DNA from: Octopus vulgaris
Lineage: Eukaryota
DNA length: 64,000 nucleotides
Assembly (NCBI GenBank): GCA_951406725.2
Contig: OX597817.1
Span: forward strand, 90,892,001 to 90,956,000
Direction: 5' to 3'
How positions within the stretch are numbered: position 1 is the stretch's first letter; each line of letters starts with the position of its first letter. The notes under the pieces were generated by a model, which had not been told where the DNA came from, did no database searches, and saw only the letters and a program-made list of their open reading frames with translations. The position numbers and the translations under genes are program-made. Shown here piece after piece: positions 39,587 through 53,619 of this stretch.

Positions 39587-40780
39587 CCCAAGCACCATCC
39601 GATCGTGGCCGTTGCCAGCCTCGCCTGGCCCCCGTGCCAGTGACACGTAAAAAGCACCATCCGACCGTGGACGTTTGCCAGCCCCGTCTGGCATGTAAAA
39701 AGCACCCACTACACTCATGGCGGGGTTGGCATTAGGAAGGGCATCCAGCCGTAGAAACATTGCCAGATCAGACTGGGCCTGATGCAGCCTTCTGGCTTCC
39801 CAGACCCCAGTTGAACCGTCCAACCCATGCTAGCATGGAAAGCAGACGCTAAATGCTGATGATGATGATGATTATAGATACAGGGCCTGAAAATTTGGAG
39901 AAGTGGGTAAGTCAAAAACATTGACTTCAGTACTCAACTTGTACCCTGAAAGAATGAAAGGCAAAGTCAAGTACAGCAGAATTTGAACTCAGAACATAAA
40001 GATGGATAAAATACATCTAAACATTTTGTCTGACATGCTAGTCATTCTGCCAGCTTGCCATCTCCAATAATGATAATGATGGTGATAACAGTTGAATAAT
40101 ATACTAAAATGCAATGGAGAATTTACATGGAGTTAAAGGGGAGATCAACAATAATAAAAGATACCTTCATAAATAGATAAAAGCAATAAGACAATAAAAT
40201 GTATTTCTAAAATAGGAAAGGACTACATACTGTGATACAGAACATCCCACACAGTACCCAGATTACTTTGAAATACCAAAGGCAAGTGTCTTCTGTAAAT
40301 TCTAGTCATGCTTAGAATAGGTTCTTCCTTTATTTGAACCAGAGTTGCCAATATTAATCTTTTATTGTAATGGAACCTATGTAAGTATATCTATACATTT
40401 TTTCTCTTATTTTTTTCTCAACAACTATTCTATTTTCTTCAGTGGTTTTACTACTTGTCCTTTCATTTCTCCCACATTTTCTGCTCACCTGCCATATATT
40501 CACACCTACTCACCATTCTCCAACTTACCCACTATGCCACACCTCTATCCCACCCTCACAATTGCACACTGCTTCATATTACAAGAAACCACTCACATCT
40601 GCATGCCCATCACAATACACAAATACCCTCCTATTCATGCACAGACTAGCCAGCCTCCTCCTGTTCTTCATAACTTCTCCCCATACAATTGTATTTCCAC
40701 CTCAGCCCTAAACCCATTTTTACTCATTCTTTCTTTTCTACCACCTTTCCTATATTTCCCCCTTTCTTTCTTTGCTTTCT

Positions 40781-40818
40781 TTTTTCTGATGAAGGACTAA
40801 AATCTGAAACATTAAAGA
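40781..40818 (+). ncRNA. Minimal hammerhead relic at the end of a C/T-rich Penelope-type 3' region (about 40420-40830)
   Basis: ttttt-CTGATGA(40786-40792)-a-gga-ctaaaa-tct-GAAA(40806-40809)-CATT-aaaga. Stem III ACGT appears decayed to ACAT. Confidence 0.5.
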
Positions 40819-40832
40819 CTTTTTCCCTTTAA

Positions 40833-41029
40833 CCCTTCACATTCAGATTACTTTGCCTAGCGTAGTGCTAATTTATTCACTTTATTTTGAATTAATCATG
40901 CATTATCTCATTGCTTTGAGATTTCAATAATGTAACTATTTTTAGAGTGACATTGTAGGATAGATGTGAGAGGCTGGATTGGCTAGTAGAATATTTTGCC
41001 CAGATATGGCTGGTTTAAATGCTAAAGGG
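40833..41029. mobile_element. piggyBac-type MITE (197 bp)
   Basis: TTAA at 40829-40832 and 41030-41033. Ends cccttcacatt / aatgctaaaggg. Confidence 0.7.
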
Positions 41030-41608
41030 TTAACAGTTTTATCAAAACTTATCCTTCTCATTTATCTTTTTCTTTGTTTTTGCTCATTACCTAATATATC
41101 TATATATATCATCATCATCGTTTGACGTCCATTTTCCATGCTAGCATGGGTTGGACGGTTCAAGCGGGGTCTGGGAAGCCAAGAGGCTACACCAGGCTCC
41201 AGTCTGATCTGGCAGTGTTTCTACAGCTGGATGCCCTTCCTAACACTAACCACTCCATGAGTGTAGTGGGTGCTTTTCATGTGCCACCGGCACAAGTGCC
41301 AGGGGAGGCTGGCAACGTTCACGATCAGGTGGGGCTTTTTACGTGCCACCGGCACAGAAGCCAGTCAAGGCGGCACTGGCATATTCGGATGGTGCTTTTT
41401 ACGTACCACCGGCATGGGTATCACAACTACAATTTCCATTTGATTTTTATTTTGATGTTGATGTACTTGACTCAATAGGTCCCCTCAAGCACAGCAGGTC
41501 TCCCTATGATCCAAGGTACTTGGGATGGGCTGGGTCTGCTATGTGAAGCTGGTGCAGGAAACAGCCATGAACTCACGTCATTTGTCGGGTCTTCGCAGTC
41601 ACAGCATA

Positions 41609-41653
<45 letters not shown>

Positions 41654-42376
41654 CAAGACACTGCCATCTTTTCTCTCATCACCTATTTCATCCTTCCTGA
41701 GAAATTCATATTTCACACTGTCTTACTGAAAAAGTTCTAAAGATGAGAAAGGAACAGAGAGGGCAGGAGGGAGAGAAAGTTTTCTAGCAGTGGAGAGTTA
41801 AGTCTGCCTGCTGTAGTATTTTACCCCATGTTAAATGAAATCAACTTATATGAGCTGGTCTCAATGTTCAACAAAGGAGCTTGTATGTGGACACTTTATC
41901 TGAAGGAAATAGCAGCTAAATCTACTTCAAATAACACCCTACCATCTTAAATAAGAGTTAGATTGGACAATGTAGTTCTTTATATAGAGAAAGATAGGAT
42001 GGTACAACTGAAACATCTTCAGTTTTCATTGCAGAGGTTCCTTAATGAATGTTAATCTGGGGTTAAACAACAAAATTGAAGTTTACTTCAAGCCAGTGAG
42101 TAAAGAACTTTGTACCATCACTTGACTTACTAAAAATAGCAGCCAAATTTCCTTCAAATCATGCTACTAACTTAAATTATGGAAAAACAAATTGGAGAAT
42201 AGTCCCTTGTGTGTGTGTGTGTGTGTGTGTCTGTGTGTCTGTGTGTATGTAAATGTATGTATGTAAATGTATATTTGTATAGAACAACAATAAGCTAGAA
42301 AAAAATTACCCTTCTGACATTTTCTTTTGACAATGATAATTTTAATGGTGGTAATAATAATAATAATAATAACAAC

Positions 42377-42433
<57 letters not shown>

Positions 42434-42929
42434 TATTATTATTATCCTTTCTACTATAGGCACAAAGTCTGATATTTTGAGGAAGAGGACAAGTTAATTA
42501 CATCAGCCACAGTGTTTCACTAGTACTTAATATATTGACCCCAAAAGGATGAGAAACAAAGTCGGCCTTGGCGGAATTTGAAATCAGAACATAAAGAAAA
42601 TACCACCAAACAGTTCGCCTGGTATGCAAATGATTCTGCCATCTCGCCAATAATAAAAGTAATATTTTTTTCTTTTTCTTTCTCTTTTGTTCCATGTTCT
42701 TCTTATGTGACTGCCTCCCTTAGTTAGCTTCATACAAGACACTTGCCCCTTCACAGCTATTGTTACTGAAGACACAAAATCGAAGCACAAATATCAAGCT
42801 GTCAGCAACTAAATGGGCAACCCCACAGAGGTGGGTGTTTTTCTTGCTATTTGGTCACTCTGCAGGAGGAAAAACAAGACCTGTCTGAGGGCAGATGAAC
42901 TCTGAGGAGTCAATGGCCATCCAAATAGG

Positions 42930-43495
42930 AGACAAGAGTATCAATCATATTTTGAATGAGTGCAGTATAGTAAGCACAAAAGAAATACAAGCACAGACAT
43001 GACTGTGTAGGCAAAGGAATGTTTTGGGATGCAAGTCGAGTATGTGGCTTCAAAACAACAGAAAAGTGGTATGAACACAAACCAGAGGCTGTGATTGAAA
43101 ATGTGAATTACAAGATTTTGCGGAACTTTGTCATAAAGACTGACTATACTGTTGTGGTAGGAAGACCAGACATGATTATAGAGGATACAATAAGCAAACA
43201 GTGGAAGATCATAGGTTTTGCATTTCCCTAGAATTGTAGAATCGATACCAAAGAAATGGAAAAAAATTGAGAGGGGGTTGAGGAGACTATGGAAGACCAA
43301 GATAATTATTCTTGTAGCAATAAGTATACTGGGCACAACACCCAAAATGCTACCTAAAAAACTGAAAGAAATTGGAACTGAAACTTGCATCCAATATTCT
43401 GTAAACATCCTAAAAAATCTTGAGATTTGAGGAGACATGTCATCACCAAACCTCAAGATAAAACACCTGCTAACATAATTAGCATGCACTCATAT
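42930..43495 (+). mobile_element. 3' end of an R4/Dong-clade LINE (restriction-like endonuclease)
   Basis: HILNEC...YK.RHD, KWYEHKPEAVIENVNYKIL..F...TD.....RPDMII and LGTTPK motifs, followed directly by (TAA)n. Confidence 0.9.
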
Positions 43496-43502
43496 AATGA
43501 TG

Positions 43503-43567
<65 letters not shown>

Positions 43568-43669
43568 TAGATGTCAAAATATAGATGAAAATGTTGATTA
43601 AAATGGTTTTTTGATCGCTGTAAACAAAATGATTTATGTGATTTCAGACACAAGAGAATAAGTCTTCAA

Positions 43670-43745
<76 letters not shown>

Positions 43746-44521
43746 TAATGACAATAATAATAGTAATAGATGAAGGAATGACTATGCAGGAAATAGAATA
43801 AAATGCAACAAAGTTTATGATCTTGAAAAAAAAAAGGAAAAAAAAACTGACACAAAAAAAGATTAGTAAAAGACAAAATTGTTAAATCTGTGGAAATATC
43901 GAATTATTTTCTGATCTATTCCTGTCCCTATCAGACATATTAGGTGCTTTGTTTTTTCTGGATTTATTATTATTTTCTTTTATAGTCAAACAGATTCTAT
44001 GTAAAGTACTTCTGGTTTCAGTCATTAGGCTGTAGGCAAGCTGGGACACCAGCTTTAAGGGTTTAGATGATAATATTAATGGCAGTACACTTGTTTTTAA
44101 GATTGGTACTTATTTAATTGATGTCTATTTGTCACACCACTGAGTTCTGAGACATATAAAAATAAATGCAAATGCGACAGTCATACATATTTATGGTGGT
44201 TGCCTTATTTTGAGCATAACCGTTTCCTCATTGCTAACATATGCTTGTAAAAGATTGCATAGTATTTTTACCATGAGCCCTCAGACAACAACAATGCACA
44301 CACACATACATACAAAGGGCTTCTTTCAGTTTTTATCTACCAAATCCACTCACCTGAGGCTATAGTAGACAACACTTGCCCAAGGTGCCATGCAGTGGGA
44401 CTGAACACAGAATCATGTGGTTGGTAAACAAGCTTCTTACCACACAGCCACACCTGCACCTATATATGTACATTTAGAGTGAGAGAAAGAGAAAGACGTA
44501 GAGAGAGAGAGAGAGAGAGAG

Positions 44522-44568
<47 letters not shown>

Positions 44569-44652
44569 AGAAAGAAGGAAAGGGAGACAGAGAGAAAGAT
44601 AGATATGTGGATATTTCATCTAGGCAAAGGGATACTAATGACTTAGTGCTTT

Positions 44653-44700
<48 letters not shown>

Positions 44701-45282
44701 TATATATGTATGTATGTGCGTAGTTTTTAAACATGGAATGATTATGGGGGTTCACCAGAGTAAAACAGGAATCAAATTGGATCCATAGGTAAGAAATGTC
44801 TGAGAAAAAGGAACAAGAGCAACAAGTTCTAGTTTTCAAAGTACCATCAGTCATGGCTCAGGGAATGGTAGAGCAAGCCAACATGTACCCAGTACTAGGA
44901 ACAAGCAGATTGACACCCTGTCTTAATGCTACAACCAGTAGCATCACTACAGAAATAGATAATGGCAGCAGAGGAAAGTGTAAAAACTGTTGAAAAATAC
45001 ACAGAAAGAGGGGAAATAAAATGAAATATCTCCCTGTAAAAGTAAACACAAAACAACTAGAATGTGTGAGAAAGAACAAGTCCCACAAAACGACAGTGAT
45101 CTCTCTCATCACACTAATAATGAAGAAGATGAAGCACGAGATGATCTGAGATTCACTGTCCTTCAGAAATCAAACCAACAATTAATGAATAAAGAAAATC
45201 ACATATCTTGGGAACATGAAAATTCAAATAAGGTAAAAATAGCAGAAGCATTGCTAGGTAGTGAAAATAATAGAATAGGCAT

Positions 45283-45720
45283 GGGTGTATGGTAAGGAGC
45301 TTGCTTTCCAGCAACATGGTTCCAGGTTCAGTCCCACTGTGTGGCACCTTGGGCAAGTGTCTTCTACTATAGCTTCAGGCCAACCAAAACCTTGTGAATG
45401 GATTTGGTAGACAAAAACTGAAAGAGGCCCATTGTGTGTGTGTGTGTGTGTGTGTATGTGTGTGTGTGTGTGAGTGTGTCTGTGTGTCTGTGTGTGTGTG
45501 TTTGTATTTGCGCTTGTCTCCCCACCACCACTACCACTTGACAACTAGTGTTGATGTATTTACATCCTCATTACTTAGTAGTTCAGCAAGAGACTGATAA
45601 GATAAGTACTAGGCTTAAATAAATAAAATCCTTAGGGCCAATTTATTCGACTAAAAGCCATCGAGGTGGTGCCCCAGCATGGCCACAGTCAAATGACTGA
45701 AACAAGTAAAAGATAAAAGA
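45283..45720 (+). mobile_element. SINE family A, full length
   Basis: Collinear with 46950-47355. Further copies at about 44010-44460(-), 50610-50990 and 54375-54775. Confidence 0.85.
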
Positions 45721-46164
45721 ACTACAATATATTAGAACAATCTGGGTCTGAAGATGTGGATGTTTTTCTACCCCAACTGACTCAAAAAAGTGTTAAGGAG
45801 TGCCTTTAGATGCTCAAGACATCAGTTATACCTTCAATAATACACTTGTGTCCAAGTACATGGAGCAAAGAAACACAACAGTAACAATACAATGCGAAAC
45901 AAGTATGGACATGGTCAGTAGACTTTTAAAGTTTTATTTCCTTTCAATTTTATCTTGCTTTAATTATTGTATTTTATATTTTTTTTAATTATTTCTGCAT
46001 TAATATTTGTGCCTTATTCATTGTAATTCATCCAATGTATTGAGTATAACATCTTTTACTACTCCACTTGTCATGTGACTTATCTGTCTCACCTTAGATC
46101 TTTTTGTTAGTCCCCTGGTTAATGTTTCTATCTATTGAACCCTTATAGCTACTACAGATTATTA

Positions 46165-46213
<49 letters not shown>

Positions 46214-46949
46214 TATCATTATTATTGAAGGCACATGGCCTAGTGGTTAGGGAGTAGCACTCATGATTGTGAGATTGTGGTTTCAATTCCTAGACCAGGT
46301 GGTGCGTTGTGTTCTTGAGTGCAAAACACATCATCTCAATTTGCTCTGCAATCACTTCAACACCTGACATGTGATACACAGTTCAGACAATGTCGATTTG
46401 ATAGAGAGAGTGAGCTAATGTGCGGAACAAACATTAAATCACTATAAACAAATCATTTGTACAGGTGGTTTGGCAAAGGCTGAATGCTCATACGTCATTT
46501 TTGACAGGAGAGTCTGTCATTGTTATTGAGAAACTGAACTGGCTTAATTGTTAGTGTGACTTTTTACATTCTGAGAGTTCCAATTCCACTGAAGTCAACT
46601 TTACCTTTTCATCTTTACAGGATCAGTAAAATAAAGTACCACTCAAGTACTGGGGCTGTTGAAATCAACTAATTCCCCAACTCAAGTTTCAGGCCTTGTG
46701 TCTATATTAGAAACAATTATTATGAAGTGGGGGAGATGTCTGAATCATTACAGCATGGGAAGAAATGCCGTGCGGTATTATTTCTTCTTGCTCTTTATGT
46801 TCTTGATTCAAATCTTGCTTTTCATCCTTTCAGAATTGATAAAATAAGTACCAGTTGAACACTGGGATTGATGTAATTGACTCATACGCACCTCCTCCAA
46901 ACTACCTTTGTGGCAAAAATTTGAAATAATTATTACTACTATCATACGC

Positions 46950-47355
46950 GTAAGAGTAGCTGTGTGGTAAGTAGCTTGCTTACCAACCACATGGTTCTGG
47001 GTTCAGTTCCACTGCGTGGCACCTTGGGCAAGTGTCTTCTACTATAGCCTCGGGCCAACAAAAGCCTTGTGAGTGGATTTGGTAGATGGAAACTGAAAGA
47101 AACCTGTCATATGTATATATATATATATATACATGTATGTATATATTTCTCTGTCTGTTTGTCCCCCCCCACCATTGCTTGACAACTGATATTGATGTGT
47201 GTACGTCCCCGTAACTTAGCAGTTTGGCAAAAGAGACTGATGGAATAAGTACTAGGCTTACAAAGAATAAGTCCTGGGGTAGATTTGTGCGATTAAAGGC
47301 GGTGCTCCAGCCTGGCCACAGTCAAAATGACTGAAGCAAATAAAAGAATAAAAGA
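46950..47355 (+). mobile_element. SINE family A, well-preserved copy
   Basis: A-box-like tagctgtgtggtaag, B-box-like ggttcagttcc, ccttgggcaagtgtctt, central (TA/TG)n and an A-rich tail after gactgaa. Confidence 0.88.
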
Positions 47356-47639
47356 AAAAGAATAATCATTATTACTACTACTATTTTTACTATTATTAAT
47401 ATTACTATTATCAATATATTTAAAGCAGTGAGCAGGTAGAATCATTATCACACCAGATAAAAAACTCGGTAACAATTCTTCCAGCTTTACATCCTGAGAT
47501 CAAATTCTGCCAAAATTGACTTTGCATTTCATCGTTTCTGGGTTGATTAAGTAAGCACCAGCTGAGCAATAAGGTTGATATAATCAACTATCTCCCTCCG
47601 CTAAAATTTCAGACCTTGTGCCGATAGTGGAAATTATTA

Positions 47640-47685
<46 letters not shown>

Positions 47686-47707
47686 CTATAATATTATTCT
47701 AATTTAC

Positions 47708-47736
47708 CTACATTTGTCATGCAGTGAAATGGATAG
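47708..47736 (-). CDS. Candidate 29-nt microexon (LSISLHDKC(R) in phase 0, or (R)YPFHCMTNV in phase 2)
   Basis: Very strong acceptor (about 50-nt pyrimidine tract ending ttctccctacag) and TAG|gtaaat donor. Confidence 0.4.
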
Positions 47737-48375
47737 CTGTAGGGAGAAGCAAAAACAGGGAAAAACAAAATGAGGGAAAGAGAGAGAAAAAAGAGGGGAA
47801 ACAATATCTAATGGAAAGCAGTATGCAAGTGGGGAGAGGAAGGAGAAGAGGAAAGATGCATATACATTTACACATCTATGTGTATATGTATGCGCATATA
47901 TGAGTGTGTAGAGCATATATATGTAATATATGTAGTAGTTGTTAAAATGGTAATGGCATTATTGGTACAAATATTGGTTAATGAAGGTGGAAACAGCAAA
48001 AAGGTTAGTTTTCTTTTATTGAAATATATATTTTTTTTTAATTGTCATTTATCATATGTGTTTTAGTATAATTAATTGTTGTCTACTAAAGTGAGCCTTT
48101 CATATTTGCTGATCTCCTGTAACTATGGAACACAACTGAAGACATAAAATTTATATTATTTGTAAGACAACTGACAGATAAACTATGGAAAGAAATTGAA
48201 GACATAATCTTAAGGCTACAACATTTATATTATTCACATAAACAATTTATATTATTTGTCAGAGAATTGACTGATAAATATATTAAATTAAGTTTGCTAC
48301 ACACACATATACATAGGTATATAAATATAAATATATATATATATATAAATAAATATAAATATAAATATAATATAA

Positions 48376-48416
<41 letters not shown>

Positions 48417-48419
<3 letters not shown>

Positions 48420-49680
48420 TGCTGTTTCACGTGTACAAGCTGTTCACAAAGATAATTCTGAACAGGTTATCACGTCATCTCGACGAACAACAACCGAGGG
48501 AGCAAGCCGGCTTCTGGAAGAACTAAAGCACAATGTACCATATATTTACACTAACACAACTGCTTGAGTGAATGAGTACAAGCTACCTCTTTGCATTATG
48601 TTTGTATACTATGAGAAGGCCTTCGATCGTGTCGAAACCAGCGCAGTGCTGAACTCGCTGCAGAGGCAAGGAGTTGAGGTGCAATATGTGCAACTGCTCA
48701 GGGAGGCAAATTCCGGATGCACCACCGACATAGCTCTACTGTCATCACCCATACGAGTGCCGGTCGAGAAGGGAGTGAAGCAAGGAGATATGATCTCCCC
48801 AAAACTTTTCACCGCATGTCTCGAGCGGATCATCAGATGCATCGACTGGCAAGGCGGTGTCAACATCAATGGCAAGCTCCTCACCCACCTCCGTTTCGCT
48901 GATGACATCATACTCATCGCTGAAACCACTGATCAGCTTCAGACCTTGCTGACGGAGCTCAACATCAAAAGTTCTGCAGTAGGTCTCAAGATGAACCACA
49001 TGAAAACGAAGTTCATGCGGTCAGACAATGTACCAACAGGTCGAATGGTGATCGGCAGTGATGAAATAGAGGAGGTAAAGGAATATGTCTACCTGGTACA
49101 GGAAGTGAATATGTGCCGAGATATCGAAAAGGAGATCTCATGGAGAGTAAGGGCTGGATGGAAGGCATTTAATGGCATAAGGGATGTGCTCAAGGGAAGG
49201 TTGGACAGGACCACCCACGCCAACCTCATCAACAGTACAGTTCTACCTGCAATGTTATATGGTAATGAAACATGGACTACCACAAAGAGAGAAGAGCAGA
49301 GACTGGTAACGGCTCAAAGAGCCATGGAAAGGTCAATGCTTGGCATCTTGTTGAGAGAGCACATCAGTAGCAAGATCATTAGAAAGAAGTCCAGCGTGAG
49401 GGATGTCATTGCAGAGTATACACGCAGCAAGTTTTGATGGGCTGGACACATCACCTGGCTCACCGATAATCGGTGGACCTGCGCAGTTGTCGAGTGGTAC
49501 CCGCACGAGTGGAAACGACCACCCGGAAGGCCTCCACGATGGTGGAGTTACAATTTCAGGAGGACGATTGGGATCACGTGGATGAGAAAGGTGCGATCCA
49601 GAGAGGAGTAGTCAGCGTGCTGTGACCAGCGGTGTCAAATTGACGCCCGACAGACTAGTCAGTCAAGGTGATCAAGGTGA
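48417..49680 (+). mobile_element. 5'-truncated RTE-clade LINE (RTE-1-like), 289-aa open RT/thumb segment
   Basis: YEKAFDRVE, GVKQGDMISPKLF, HLRFADDI, GLKMNHMKTK, VLPAMLYGNETW, WAGH. 3' tail (TCAAGGTGA)2 at 49663-49680. Inserted in (TA)n. Confidence 0.95.
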
Positions 49681-52389
49681 TACATATATATATATATACA
49701 CACAAATACACACACGTTTGTGTGTGAGCACCCATGAAGAAGTACTTGGCTTAGTGGTTAGGGTTGTTGGACTCATGATCATAAGATTGTGGTTTTGATT
49801 CCTGGACTGGGTGATGCATTGTTTACTTGAGCTGAAAAAAAATTATCTTGCAATAGACCAGTGTCCTGTTCAGTGGGGAATATACACATAACAAAATTTG
49901 GGAAACCAGTCTTATGAACCTACAGTTCAGGAAGGACAGTTGATCCTTTTTGTTATAAATTGAAGACACTTTGCTTAGTGATTAGGGCGTTGGGCTTATA
50001 ATTGTGAGGCTGTGAGCTCAATTCCTGAACCAGGTTGTGTGTTGTATTCTTGAACAAGGCACTTTATTTCACATTGCTCCAGTTCACTAAGCTGTAGAAA
50101 TGAGTTGCAATGTCACCAGTACCAAGCTGTATTGGCCTTTGCTTTTCCCTTGGACAACATTAATGGTGTGGAAAGATGAGGCATGGGTTACTGATGGTTT
50201 TTCAGAAATAACCTTGCCCAGACTTGTGCCTCAGAGGGGAACTTTCTGGGTGTAATCTCATGGTCATTCATGACCAAAGGGGGTCTTTACACTTTTAATA
50301 TATATATCTTTACATACATGCACAAACATGATGGACTTCCATTATAGTCACTGTCTACCAAATTTCACTCAAAGTATTAACCAGCCCAAAGCTATAATAG
50401 AGGACATTTGGCCAAGGTGATTTCAGAGGGACTGAACCCAGGACCACATGATTGTGAAGTAAACTTTAAATATACAGAAATTCCTGTGCTTGTATTACTT
50501 GTGTGCTTTTAGAATTCACAGCTCAGTGGTGCAGCTAGGACCGTGGGTTCAAGTCTAGCCATATAAACTTTTCCATAACATGAAAACAAGGACATAATAC
50601 AGCTTTGCAAGTATGGCTGTGCTGTTAAGAAGCTTGTTTTGCAACTAAAGTGTCTCAGGTTCAGTCCCAGTGCATGTCATTGTGGGCAAGTGACTTCTAG
50701 TGCCAGGCTGACCAATGCCTTGTGAGTGAATTTGTCAAATGGAAATTCTGTGGATGCCCATGGTATAATGATAAATGTATGTGTGCGTGTGTATGTTTAT
50801 GTTTGTCTCCACCTCCACTGCTTCACAGCCATTGTTGGTTTGTTTATGTTCTGGTAACTCAACAGTTTGGCAAAAAGAGAACAACAGAATATGTACCAAA
50901 CTTAAAAATAATACTGTGACTGATTTGAAATACTAACCCTTCAAAGCGATGCCCCAGCATGGCCACAGTCCAATGACAAAAACAAGTAAAGAAAGAAATA
51001 GAAAGTAATCATACTGTAGCAGAATATTATTATTATGGCTAAATTATGCCTTTAATTTCCTTCCAAACTTAAGATTGCTTAGTTCTTGAAGAAAAGTGGA
51101 AAATAATAGATAACAACTCTTGGGATATAAGAAGTGACAGCATATAGCAAGAATATAGCTTTCAAAGATGTTGTCTCCTAAGATTGCAGTTTCAATACCA
51201 CCGATACAAACTTTTACATCATCTAAAAGAATTAGCTATTTCAAACAAAATACAATTCCAAAAGAAATTACATATTTCATGATTCTTTATAAATTCCAAC
51301 CATCTTACAGTTTGGAAAATAACTGGAATTTCCACAGGTACAGCTAGTTGTTATTATTACTACTATTGCTACCACCATCAGCAATGATATTCTTTTACAA
51401 ATTGACAAATGTTTTTAGGAAGGAATGTATTTTAAAACTTCAAATAAACTGAACAAAGACACACAGGTTTGGATATTGCAAATCACCAAGAAATCAAATG
51501 GTACTATATAATTGTTTCACATTTTGGCTCAAGGCCAGCAATTCAATTATTTTGACCCTAGTGCTCAACTGAAAGTTATTTTATCCACCCCGAAAGGAAG
51601 AAAAGCAAAGTCAACCTCAGTGGAATTTGAACTCAGAACATGAAGACAGATGAAATGCCACTAAGCATTTTGCCCAGAGTGCTACTAATTCTGCCAGCTC
51701 ACCGTTTTAAATGCTACTATATATTAAAAGAGTGCATATATATACAAACACACACACATGTATGTACATGTCTGTGAATGTATGTATATGAGTGTACGTA
51801 TGTGTAAATGTATATATGTATGTATGCATGTATATGTATGGATGCAATAGTAGTTAAGAGATGGTTCCACACGCCTAAAATCCCTGGAACTCCTAAAATA
51901 TCTGAATGTGGTGATGCAGAAATACCTCTGGTCAGGGCCAGAGCACGCAGTAAAACTACTAGGGACTCCTAACTGTTGTTATAGTGTCCTTCTAAAGGAG
52001 GGACAATCAGATGTAAAATCTGGGGTTTCATGCAGTTACTGGTCATCACACTTAACCTATCACTAGGTACTTATCATGAAGACTCAAAGAGTGGTGCTCA
52101 TGTTGTACAAGGGTTTATCACTATAAATCCAATGATGAAAAAATATATCTCTTTGGAGTGACCTCATTTGTCATTCCAATTACTGAAAGTCCTATAGTAA
52201 AGGAAAAGCAGTGATGTGCACAGTAAGTTACAACATTCATTGGTCATCTATACTTCAAACCTTGCAGATCTACGAACAGCACTGAATGGTCATCGAGGAG
52301 GGCATGAAAGGAAAGTCAGAAATACCAGTGACAACAAGGGAGCACAAGGAGACATCAATCATAGGTGACTTTTGAGTGATCACTATGTA

Positions 52390-53422
52390 TTAGATCATTA
52401 AGAATGAAATGCCTGATTTTCTTATGCACCAAGTTTGATAGTCGTTAACTCTAATGTTTTATCCTGACAATTCTTTGTTTCACAACATTGAAGAGTTACA
52501 TCACTTTTCGAAATGCAATTCATAGTTTCTGGTTATATTGTGAGTACTCTCTTATAAATCGATTTTTGTGAACCCATGGATAGATAAAAAATTTGTGTTG
52601 TTTATGAATATGAGTTTTGTTGTGGAACCAATGCATCTCAGACAGCTCAAGACATCAATGAGATGTTTGGTGAAGATGTGGTGAATGAGCGCCCTATACA
52701 TCAATGGTTTGAGAAGTTCTAGTCTAGTGACTTTACTCCTGAAAATCAGCCCCATGGTAGACCTGAGACCAAGATGGATAATGATGAACTGGAAACTGTA
52801 GTGGAAGCAGATCCATCTCAAACTATGCATGAGTTTGTAGCAAAGTTTGATGTTTCAATTCCAACTGTATTGGTTCATCTGAAACAAATTGGCATGGTAA
52901 AGAAGCTGGACAAGTGGGTACCACACAAACTGGATGAGCATCAAATGACACACATCATCTTGAAACATGCTGTTCTTTGCTGTCATGGCATAAAAGCAAA
53001 CCATTTTTGCATCATATTATTATGTGTGATGAAAAATGGGTTCTTTTCAACAGTAGTAAGTGTTCTGAAAAGTGGTTGAATGGAGATGAAATGCCAAAAC
53101 ACAAACCAGAAAAGAATATTTACCAAAAAAAGCTAATGGTGTCTGTCTGATGGTCCAGCACTGGTGTCATCCACTACAGCTTCATGAAACCTGGTAAGTC
53201 AATTGCAGCAGATGTATACATCAACCAATGGATGAAATGCTGAGTGAACTTGCAATTAAATAACCAAGATTGGTCAATAGAGACAAGCTAATTCTCTTGC
53301 AAGTCAATTCTCAACCACGTTACACAAAGGTGCATACTTTGATTAACTGCATTGCCTTTTGTTGAGATAAAGTAAAATAAACTTTCAGTTCAAAATCGGA
53401 CATTTCATTCTTAATGACCTGA
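52390..53422 (+). mobile_element. Internally deleted mariner transposon
   Basis: TIRs t(t/c)ag(a/g)tcattaagaatgaaatg..gatttt with TA duplication. KKLDKWVPH, CDEKW and ILLQ.N..PR (HDNARPH-like) are joined directly to GAYFD*, so the YSPDL region is missing. Confidence 0.92.
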
Positions 53423-53619
53423 TATATGAATGTATGTGTTCTAGCTGTGTCTCCTGATAGATTTTACTTCCTCACTGACCAGTGGAACTTTCATTGATGT
53501 CACACATATTTCATTTTGTCTTTATTTATTTACATTCATCCTATTTTGGTTCTGGCCATGCTGGAATTACCCCACAAATACTATATTGGCAGTATTGCAC
53601 CTAAACAATTAGTATTCAA

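Noticed and set aside
46950-47025. tRNA genes at A/B-box-like sequences
   Set aside because: These are SINE heads continuing into SINE bodies, with no complete cloverleaf.
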